Assembly: GCA_943704425.1 (NCBI GenBank)
Contig: CALSCP010001168.1
Location: forward strand, 117,868-155,995
Length of the DNA: 38,128 nt
Reading direction: 5' to 3'
From: Ministeria vibrans ATCC 50519
Taxonomy: Eukaryota; Protista; Filasterea
Part shown: one piece after another, positions 1 through 15,984 of the stretch
How positions within the stretch are numbered: position 1 is the first letter of the stretch
Layout: the number at the start of each line of letters is the position of its first letter
Made by a program: the position numbers and the translations under genes
The notes under the pieces: generated by a model
What the model saw: only the letters and a program-made list of their open reading frames with translations
Told to the model about the DNA's origin: nothing
The model's database searches: none

Positions 1-700
1 AAGAGGCGCCTAAATCAAGACACACGCAGAGAGAAGGAGAGAGGAAGTGGGAGAGAGACAGATAGTCGTCTGTCTGTCTAAGTGCGTCCCTTTCCTCCCT
101 CTCCCGTCAGGCAGTCACTCAGAGTTTTATTTTTATTTTTTTTTAAAATGCCAACAATCGCCTCTGTCGTCTCGTTCCGACCCTTTGATTGATTATACCT
201 CCATTCAAGGGAGCGATATTCTTTATACGCGGCCTGCCATCGTCGCGCAGATGCTCGTTTCAGTCTGGATGTGTCCCGTTTCTGTCATTTTTTTCTTTCT
301 TTTTTTTTTTCTGGCATTCCTCTTTTGCGTCTCTCTTTTCGACGTGCCATCCTCACAATAATCGAACTCCGCCGCTCTACCGTGTACATTGGCACACCAG
401 TCATTCCTGGGGATCCATCGAAACATCCGCACGATAGCGTTATGCGAGATATGACCCAATCTACAGACCTTATCGTCGTTTTGTGTTTACGCTCGACGGT
501 CCAATGTCGTCTTGGAAACGAACGGCTCTCCTTCCTCATCTCGTTTTCGCTCCACGATCCATTTATATCTCACGTTCTCACTCTGCCCCCGCTCCATTCA
601 TTCGCCATCTTCGTCTCTCTTTTTTTTTTTTTTTTTTTTTTTGTGTGTTTCTTGTGCTTGTACTTTTTGTTTGTCTGACTTTCGTTTGTTTGCACTCCAG

Positions 701-6459
<5,759 letters not shown>

Positions 6460-6542
6460 GTAGACATGCGTGAGCGAGAGAGGAAGATGAGAGAGAAAGC
6501 TGTGCGGGTGTCTTTGTGGTGTGTGAGTGTGTGCTTGAGAGG

Positions 6543-6605
<63 letters not shown>

Positions 6606-6929
6606 AGGGGCAGAAGAAACAACGTGATAGAGAGAGAGGGTTTTTCTATTCCTAAGGGTAGTGTGTAATGAATAACAAGAAAATCTACCTTTCATTAGCA
6701 ATTCTGAATTTATTATTGAAAGTGGATTTTGTTGAGCCTTCAGACAGCTGATTACATCATAACTACCTTGAGACAGCTGAGTACATCGTGATTAATATAG
6801 TTGTTTTCTTATCTTCTCCTATAATATGTACACCTGGGTTGTTATTCTGTTAGGACTTATGAGTTATGAAACCAGAAACAGAGAAAACAATTATAATAAT
6901 TATAGTTATTAATTTTTTATTTTGCTGGC

Positions 6930-8663
6930 ATGGTACGCGTTCCGCGAACACCGCACGCGTCGACGAGCGATCGACATGTCCATCGGCCACAGTTTGTTCA
7001 CGCGGCAATGGAGAGGCTGTTTGGAAATGCGGGCCTGGTGCTTCGCCGGCGTCTCCTGGCGTGTCAGCTTGGGGGGTTGGGGGTTGCCGAATGGATGCAC
7101 GGCGGGGGCAGCCGATCGGGCGTAGTCGTGTCGGCAATGCGCCTGGCGTCGTTCTTTGGTAGCGAAGAGTGGTACACGGTGCTGATTACGGTCGCGACGT
7201 GGATTTTACACGAGCGCCTGGGCTGCACCATCGCCGTGCTCCTCTCTCTGGGCTTCTTCATTGCTAACGGCCTCAAGGACCTCTTCTGCTTGCCCCGCCC
7301 CCCTGCGTCTACAGTGCCGCATTCAAAAGACATGACGAACGAATGGTAAGAGGGTTATCGTGGATGATATGTTTTGACGCATCAGACCATTTCAGGGGGT
7401 TTCCGAGTCACCATTCGTTTATGAGTGCCTTAATACCGTGGTACTGTGCACTCTTTGTATGCGATGCATTTCATCTGAGCGAAGACCAGTGTACATATGT
7501 GTATTGGACCACTGCGCTTTGGAGTGTCGCTGTGATGGTAAAAATTCACTTCCGTTTTCTTGTCTTTCTCTGCGATAACTTTGTTCTTTATTCAGATTTC
7601 GCGTGTGTATTTGTGTGTACACTTTGTGTTTGACGTGATTGTTGGCGGCACATTGGGGGTACTGACGCTGATGCTCTTCATGCACGTGGACGACGGTTTG
7701 GATGCGCTAATGGCACAAGGCATCCGATGTACGAATGTTAGAGCATGCCTCACGTCGTGTCGATCTGCCTCTGTCTCTTGTTTCTTTATCGCTCTCTTCA
7801 CACACATAATTATATATATATTATAATATGCTCTTTCTCACACACACACTATTTGGTCTTTCTCTCCTCTCTCTCTATTTGTTCTTTCTCTCCCCTCTCT
7901 CTAATTGTTCTTTCTCTCCTCTTTCTCTCTCTCTTTCTCCGACTGACTTTTTATGACTTTGTCTTCTCTCTGACCTTGTCCTCTCTCTCATATCCTTTGT
8001 TTCTATGTCTCTCTCACACACTCACATTTTTCTCTCTCTGGATGTGTTTTTAGCCGTGGCGGGGGCAATGGCCGTGTCGCTGTTGGTGGGATGGCTGTAC
8101 CCACGGCCCAACCCGTCGACGAACAGCTATGTGGAGACAGTGGCGACAATGGGAGTTGCGACAGGCTTTGTGGCGGGTCACCAGGATATGCGACAGGCGC
8201 TGTGGCACGCCGGACTGCCAGTGTCGCAGCACTTTGCACATATGGAGTGGGGTGTGGGGCTGGCAAGCACAGTGGTGGCGCGGTTGGTGCTGGGCATTGT
8301 GTGTGTCTTACTTGTCAAGACACTGACCAAGATGACGCTGGCACGTCTGCTCGGCGCCCTTCTCCGTGCTCTCGGCGTCACGACCACCGCGCCGGCCCCA
8401 GCTCTCGTTGCTTCCGTCCACTACAGCGACGCCTACCATCTGCCGACCTTTCCTGCCACTACCTACACGGTACCAATGTTGCTATAGCCCTCGAGCGACC
8501 CTTTTTTGACCCATTGATCGCTCCCTCCCCTTGCTTCTTTGTCTCTATATAGGGTATGCGTGGACTCGATGGGCATGCCCTCATCAAGTATGTGTCGTAC
8601 ATTCCCGTCGGCTGGATGGGCGCGACGGGCGTGCCCTACCTCTTTCACCGTCTCTCCCTATAA
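6930..8663 (+). CDS. PAP2-family sphingosine-1-phosphate phosphatase-like membrane lipid phosphatase; multi-exon
   Basis: All three PAP2 motifs are present across exons: KDLFCLPRP, GFPSHH and SRVYLCVHFVFD. There are several hydrophobic segments. The last exon ends GVPYLFHRLSL-TAA (8661-8663). The start codon is uncertain. Confidence 0.85.
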
Positions 8664-8914
8664 ACCTGTCTAGTCCCTGTCTTTTTTGCACCGCTTCAGT
8701 TTTCTTTACAGCAACCTGTCACCGCTTTATCTCTCGTGCATCGCTTCAGTTTCTTTACAGCGACGCCAACCATGAACGTGTCGAATGTTCTCTCTTTCTC
8801 ATCTGTCTCCCTTAGATTTCTTTACAGCAACGCCCACCAGAGGGTGTCGAGAGCGAGGGACTTTATGAATTACGAAAAAAACAGTTTGGGGGGAGTGGGT
8901 AGGGTTGGAGGCGG

Positions 8915-9236
8915 TTAGTTGAGGGGGCGGGGAGTGGCACCGGAGTAGGCCTTCTCCTGGTCCGCTTCGTCGTACACGCGCTGAAGCACATCCTGAAGAT
9001 ACGGGAGATCCTATGGAAGAAGGAGAGGGAGGGGTTAGAAAGGTAACAAAGTGACACAGCATCTACCTCCTTGTCCGTGGGCCACTGGTCGCGCGGTAAG
9101 ATGGCGCCCTTGGTGGAGAGGTCGAGAGCAACGCGCAGACGCCAGTTGCGCTCGTCAATCACATCCGCCGGCAGTCGCGAGATGGCCTCGCGCACGCCAG
9201 GGATATCCTCGATGATGAGGTCGTCAAAGTGAAGAC
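8915..9236 (-). CDS. UQCRB: Cytochrome b-c1 complex subunit 7 (QCR7/UQCRB), last two exons; 5' exon(s) not located, probably in or beyond the N gap
   Basis: GLHFDDLIIEDIPGVREAISRLPADVIDERNWRLRVALDLSTKGAILPRDQW spliced to DLPYLQDVLQRVYDEADQEKAY..* matches the QCR7 family pattern (GL..DD..EAL.RLP..R..R..RA..LS..LP..QW..YL). Confidence 0.9.
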
Positions 9237-9505
9237 CTGACAGAAGCGAGAGAGACAAATGGGGTCAGGAGAGGGAAAAAAGTGCCAAAATGAAAAAAAG
9301 AAGGAAAAGCGACGCTGTGGGCGACGGCGACGGAGGTATCTCCATGCAAGACGGAGGCTTATGCGTGTATGCGTGTCCAGACGTTGCCCTCGGCAGCGAT
9401 GGTCTGACTGTGAGTTTCTTTTTTTTGTTCTCTTTTTCGCTTGTCTCTTTCTTCTTCTTCTTCAAAAAAAAAAAAAAAAAAACTCTTCGGCTCGTGATGA
9501 AGAGG

Positions 9506-10124
9506 NNNNNNNNNNNNNNNNNNNNNNNNNNNNNNNNNNNNNNNNNNNNNNNNNNNNNNNNNNNNNNNNNNNNNNNNNNNNNNNNNNNNNNNNNNNNNNN
9601 NNNNNNNNNNNNNNNNNNNNNNNNNNNNNNNNNNNNNNNNNNNNNNNNNNNNNNNNNNNNNNNNNNNNNNNNNNNNNNNNNNNNNNNNNNNNNNNNNNNN
9701 NNNNNNNNNNNNNNNNNNNNNNNNNNNNNNNNNNNNNNNNNNNNNNNNNNNNNNNNNNNNNNNNNNNNNNNNNNNNNNNNNNNNNNNNNNNNNNNNNNNN
9801 NNNNNNNNNNNNNNNNNNNNNNNNNNNNNNNNNNNNNNNNNNNNNNNNNNNNNNNNNNNNNNNNNNNNNNNNNNNNNNNNNNNNNNNNNNNNNNNNNNNN
9901 NNNNNNNNNNNNNNNNNNNNNNNNNNNNNNNNNNNNNNNNNNNNNNNNNNNNNNNNNNNNNNNNNNNNNNNNNNNNNNNNNNNNNNNNNNNNNNNNNNNN
10001 NNNNNNNNNNNNNNNNNNNNNNNNNNNNNNNNNNNNNNNNNNNNNNNNNNNNNNNNNNNNNNNNNNNNNNNNNNNNNNNNNNNNNNNNNNNNNNNNNNNN
10101 NNNNNNNNNNNNNNNNNNNNNNNN
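9506..10124. other. Assembly gap (run of N)
   Basis: Continuous N run from 9506 to 10124. Confidence 1.
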
Positions 10125-11272
10125 TGTTCTTCTTTCGAGGGTGCATTTGGCAAGTGTAAAAGACAACAGGAAAAGACGCAATGGAAAAGGGCCCGGCGAG
10201 CCCGAGGTCGGCAGCTGGCGTGGGGGATGCGCGACAATACGATGGCGACGGCTTCAAAAAGCCCAAGGTTTTTGCAAGCTGACATGTGGAGAAGAATCAC
10301 TCGAGATTTTTCAAGAAACGAACACACAAAGTCGTCGGAATGGCACCCTTTCGCCTAGAACTGGCAACCGGCTCACATTTGACACGCGCGGGCACGTTCA
10401 TGGCGGCAAAGAAGAGCCAAAGGGGAGGCACGCCGTTGCGAAAAGCGGGCGTGATGAAACTCGGCCTGACAGCGCATAGGAGGCCCTCAATAGCACGCCG
10501 GTGCATAGCAGCGTTGGGTTCATACCTGATGTTCCATGTTGGACTGAGAGAGAAGCAAAAAAAAGGACGGCCAAAGTAGTCAGTCGACTACAGAGGTTTG
10601 ATATTTTGGCGACACTTTGGCGATCATTAAAGAGTATGCAGAAAAGATGGCTGGTGAAGGACAAGGATGTCCAATGACAACGATCAAAGGTAAAATGACA
10701 AAAGGATTGGTTGGTTTGATCTGGCGAAGGGCAGCTTGTGGTGCGGCTGCAGACGGGCACACCCATAAGTTGGTGGCGAATTGCCCTTTATGACTTTCGA
10801 CACGATCCCAGTGCAGACGACTTTTTCTTTTGGGTCGTAACACTCTTGTCGTCGGATGACCGTTCTGACATGCATATTTCTAACCGATCCAAGAAGGAAG
10901 ACACGGGGCCGGGGCATTTGATGTTTCGTTTTTCTTCGTTAAAGACGGACTCGAGTGCTCTCTCGTGTCTCGACGCCATACTCACCACTCCGAGCCTTAC
11001 CCATGCTCGAGTTTGGTCTTTAGTCGTCGGGCATTCTTTTATGTATACGTCTTTATTGTTATTATTTATTATTTTATTTTGGTTGTTTCATGTGTGTTGT
11101 CATGTGTGTTGTTCTACTGTTTCACACACAATACAGTTTTTTTTCGTTGATCGTGCATACGTCTTGTAACGATAATATTTATTCATTCGCTAATCAATTG
11201 CGGAACAGAATCAACAGATTGCTATTCTTTTCTTCATTTTCGATAAGTTCCTTTCACTTGGGCTCTTTTGAA

Positions 11273-12156
11273 ATGTCTCAAGCAGAGTGTATGAATCCCG
11301 TCGATTGCGGAATAGAGCGGACGTGACGTGTTCCTTTTCATAGCGGGATGCAAGATTCACAAGCGAAAGGCGGACGATCCGCTGCAGCCCGAGCGGCCGC
11401 ATGTAGTGACACGCGATCATCTGAAGAGCATGGTGGCTAGCATGGATACCAGCCAGGTGGCCGATGAGCAGGCTCTCGAGGTGATTTTTCGCTTGTCTTT
11501 TTTTTTCCTTGTTCACTCTCTCTCTCTCTATTTGTTCTCTCTCTCTCTCTATTTGTTCTCTCTCTTTATTTGTTTCTCTATTTGTTGTCTCTCTCTCTAT
11601 TTGCTCTCTCTCTATTTGTTCTCTCTCTCTATTTGTTCTCTCTCTCTATTTGTTCTCTCTCTCTATTTGTTCTCTCTCTCTATTTGTTCACTCTCTCTCT
11701 CCCTCTCTCTCTCTCTCCCTCTCTCTCTCTCTCTCTCCCGCCCCCTCTCTCTCTTTCTCTCTCTCACTCTCACTCTCTCACTCTCTCTCTCTCTCACTCT
11801 CTCTCGATTGCAGTTGCTGGAACGAGTTGCCGATGACTTTGTCGATAACGTTGTGCGTCAGGCGTGTGCTCTAGCCAAGCATCGTGCCTCAAGCAAACTG
11901 GAAATTGCTGATATCAAGTTGGCATTAGGTGGGTGCATGTCATGTGTGTGTGTGTGTGGTTGTTGTTCTTCTTGTGCTCAATATATTGTTTCGAGTAGAA
12001 AGACATTGGGACATGTCTGTGCCTGGTTTTACGACAGAGGCGACGACTCGTCCGCCGAAGCCCTTTGCAACGGACGCTCACAAGCAGCGTATTTCACTGG
12101 TGAAACGCACGCAACAAGCGCAATCTCTTCAGCGTCTCAAGGACTCTAAGACATAG
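11273..12156 (+). CDS. TAF12: TFIID/SAGA subunit 12 (histone fold); 4 exons
   Basis: Spliced LLERVADDFVDNVVRQACALAKHRASSKLEIADIKLALERHWDMSVPGF..TDAHKQRISLVK is the TAF12 signature. Confidence 0.93.
11515..11805 (+). repeat. Intronic (CTCTCTCTATTTGTT)-type minisatellite and (CT)n in TAF12
   Basis: Seen directly. Confidence 0.9.
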
Positions 12157-12396
12157 ACCCATGTTCCAAAAGCGACTGTATTACGATAGGTTTGTATGCT
12201 CTGAGCGATACTATCAGAGAGGGAAGGAGAAATAAACTAGGTGATATGTATAGAGAGAGAGAGGGAGGAGGGAGGAATGTACAGTACATTTTTTATACTT
12301 TTGTTTGGACACTTCAACTCACTTTCTCTGACTGATTGTCGATTGATGATTCAGAATCATTGGAATTTCCACTTTCTTTTCAATTGACGGTCTAGT

Positions 12397-14320
12397 ATGA
12401 CTTTTGAGAACGGGGCAATCGTGTGGGCCACGATGAGAGGGCATCCGCCGTGGCCTGGCCAGGTGTCGTGACGAAACGTCACTGTCTGTTTCCCTTCTCA
12501 CTATCGCGTAGATTTTCGACCCGGCTCTCCGCAATCTGTCGGCGCCGCCCAAGGGAAAGCTATGGGTGCTGTTCTTCGGTGGCGAAAAGTCTCAGTATGC
12601 AAAGAGTGACTTTCACTTTGTCAAAGAAAATATTTTAATAATATTATTATTGATTTTTTTTTCTGCCCTTTCCCCAAACAGCTCTGCGGTCGACATCAAG
12701 GCCATCGTGCCGTTTGTCGAGAACCGAGAGAAGATGGAGAAGAAGGTCAAGAATGTGGGCCACAAGGTACGGGAGTGTGAGGCGCAAGAGAGGGCAAAGA
12801 GGGCAAAAGTTCAAGAGAAGAAAAGGACCCTTTGATGCGATGCGTTGTGTAGAAAGCACTTGCCGAGGCAGACGCGCTTGTCGGGCCTGACGGACCCAAT
12901 TCGGTGTTTGACCTGATGGCAGCGGAGAATGATGACAACGGCGATGGCGATGGGGAGGAGGAGGGGGACGAAGAGGAGGACGAAGAGGAGGAGGAGGAGG
13001 AGGAGGAGGAGGAGGAGGACGACGGCGTTGCTGCTGCCAGTAGCAAAAAGGGCAACGGGAAGGCCAAGGAGAGGGCTGCAGCAGCAACAGCCAAAGGCAA
13101 GGCGAGTGCTGCGAAAAAAGACTCGGCTGCAACGAAGAAGACGAAGAAGGCGACAGCGAAACCGGCGGCGACAAAGAAAGCGTCGACACCCAAGCAACGC
13201 GCCCCCGCCAAAAAGAAGAAGAAGGTAAACATGCACCAAGTGCCGAGTAAAGACGCGTTGCAAGCTGACGCGCGTGTATGATATCAATCAGGAGGAGGAT
13301 GACGATGACGATGCCATGTCGTACATCTCGTCGGATGCGATCAGCAGCGCGAGCAGCAGCAGCGACGAGGAGGACGACGCTGAGGCCGCCAAGGCAAAGC
13401 GTGTGGCACGCATTGCGGCCCAGGCTCGAAAGAGAAGTGCCTTGGTATGTGATACGAGTGATTCTAACCTTGCAAGATTGGCACATGAAGACAAACTCAA
13501 CAACGATGATAATCATAAGAATAAGGATTATTATTATATTTTGTTGCTGTTGTTGGTGTGCGTTTGTGCCTTTTATTGTCCTCTCACAGTTGCGTCTCTT
13601 AAATTTGCCTCTTCCACTCTCTCCTTGTCTATTTTTTTGTTGGGCGCAGCCTGTGTTGCAGGGAGCCAAGGCAGAGGAGATGAAGATTGTTCCACTGAAG
13701 ACGACGATTACGCTTGAGGCAGTGAGTGACCAGGAGGAACAGGGGGATGGCGAGGGGGACGACGGGATGGAGGGCGGAACGGCCGAGAAGAAGAAGAAAA
13801 AGAAGAAGGAGAAGAAGAAGGAGAAGCGTGAGAAGGAGAAGAAGAAGGAGAAGGCGACTGCGACGCCTGTAAGTATCTTCGCACTCGTTCATTTGTTATG
13901 CTCACACTTTTTTTGTGTCGTGTTTTGTGTGTGCTCTGTGTAGCGAAAGCGAAAGGTGCGACTGGTGGCGTGGTGTGATGTGATGTGATGTGATGTGATG
14001 TGATGTGATGTGATGTGATGTGATGTGTGTGTGTGTGATAAAGTGTTGTGTTGTACACCCGTGTAGCGCGACGAGGACGAGGTGAGGCGCACAGTCAAGG
14101 CTGCCAAGGTCGAGCCGGAGACACCACTGCAGCGCATTGCGCGTTTCAAAGAACTGCTCATGAAATGCTTTTCGACGGACGAGAAGATCAAGGTAACGAC
14201 TATTTACATACACTAATCACACGCCATACACACAACTCCCAGTATGTACACGCTCACTCACGCACACACACACACACACACACACATACACACACACACA
14301 CACACATACACACACACATT

Positions 14321-14419
<99 letters not shown>

Positions 14420-15169
14420 TACAACGCATATAAGAAAACTGAAATCGAGCACTTGTTGGGGTAGAATGTCGAGCGAGGGTTCAATGTGTTGGGTGAACTC
14501 CAAAAAGAAAAGATGACACTGCAGTTGTTGCGCGAGACCAAAGTCGGCATGACCGTCAGCGAGCTGACAAAGGTACTGTCTCGTATTGTCTCTCTACTTT
14601 TTGCATGCTTATGTGTTGGTTGTGCTGCTGACATTGTCCGATGCAACTTGTTTGCACAGTATCCCGAGAAGCCTGTGTCGAAGCTGGCGCGTGAGATCAA
14701 GAAGCAATGGGTTGCACTGGCGAAGATCGAGGCTGAGGCTGCGCCAGACGCCGGCACTGCTGTTGCAGAGTCGAGTGCGTCGACAGAGGGACCGGCAACA
14801 ACCGTGACGGCTACAAGTGTCAGCACAAGTGAGCCAATGGCAGTTGATGCGCAAACTGCCGTTGTTGAGGCGACGGCCGTCGCAATGGATGTGGATGCAC
14901 CAAAGGAAGGTGATGCTGCGACCAAGAACAAGGCGGAGGAAGGCAACGTAGTGGCTGGCGAAGAAGGGAAGTCGATCGAGCCAGTTGCACCGGTTTCAGA
15001 AGGTCCCACTCAGTCAGCCGATGTGGAGGACGAGCGGAAGCCTGTTGTTGCTGAGGCGGCCTCTGCCGCATCTGCTGTTGTTGCCGAGTCTGCCGTTGGT
15101 GCGCCCCTGGCCGCGTTGGATGCTATTCCAATGGAGGCCGAGCCAGCTGGAGCAACAGGAACCGAATAG
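12397..15169 (+). CDS. PWWP-domain chromatin reader with C-terminal TFIIS-N/IBD-like domain (LEDGF/HDGFL2-like architecture); multi-exon
   Basis: N-terminal FENGAIVWATMRGHPPWPGQ..WVLFFG (PWWP), then acidic and Lys-rich linkers, then LGELQKEKMTLQLLRETKVGMTVSELTK..VSKLAREIKKQW (TFIIS N-terminal helical bundle). Confidence 0.85.
13974..14036 (+). repeat. (TGTGA)n pentanucleotide microsatellite, intronic
   Basis: Seen directly. Confidence 0.95.
14260..14420 (+). repeat. (CA)n microsatellite, intronic
   Basis: Seen directly. Confidence 0.95.
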
Positions 15170-15301
15170 CTTTTGTTATAGTTGTGTGAGTGATTACGCG
15201 CGTGAAATTCATGCGACTCTCCTTTTTCGATTATAAAAAACATTTTGAAATGAGTAGCTTTTTTCATTCGAGACTATTTCTTTCTATCGTTGTTTTTTTA
15301 T

Positions 15302-15935
15302 TTACACGGCGGAGATAGACATTGAAGGACCGAGTCCGAAAGGGTCCTCACGGACAAAGAGCACATAGTTAGGGGGCACCGAGCTGACAGGATCGTTAAG
15401 GTCAACCTCCTGTCACAAAGAGAAGGGCAGGTGAGTACAAGTGAAAAGTTTGCGGGCAGCGCGTACGACTTCTTCGGAGACATCACCCTCCTTGAGCCAA
15501 GTTTCAGCGAGTGCAGACATGGAGCGATTTGTGCTGGCGTCGGAGCTAATCATGAAGAGGGCGCACTCGCACATGCTAAGGGCCTCGCGCGAGCATGCTG
15601 CAGCGAGAATGTCGCCCAGGGGCGCATCGTAGGCCGACGACACACTAATGGCGGCCCCCGACGGCAGCATGACAGGTACCGACACTTCCGAGTACGCACT
15701 GGGCATGTTACTCTTGGCAAACTGCTTCATCCACGTCTCTTTCTCATCCGACGACTGAGTCTACAACACAAAAGAGAGAGAGAGAGTTTGAGAGAGAGAG
15801 TTTGAGAGAGAGAGAGTTTGAGAGAGAGAGTTTGAGAGTTTGAGAGTTCGAGAGTTTGAGAGTTTGAGAGTTTGAGAGTTTGAGAGAGTTTGACAGAGTT
15901 TGAGAGAGTTTGAGAGGGTTTGAGAGAGAGAGAGA

Positions 15936-15984
<49 letters not shown>

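Noticed and set aside
47-700. ORFs upstream of the first PLC-gamma exon as its N-terminus
   Set aside because: No PH-domain N-terminal motif and rich in poly-T tracts; treated as intron or UTR.
8690-8852. Spaced repeats as a possible CRISPR array
   Set aside because: Only three degenerate copies, the spacers are related to each other, the context is eukaryotic, and there are no cas genes.
10450-10471. GTGATGA...CTGA as a C/D box snoRNA
   Set aside because: The boxes are only ~10 nt apart, with no terminal stem or recognisable rRNA guide.
9259-10479. Long ORFs spanning the gap
   Set aside because: Artefacts of the N run, which contains no stop codons.
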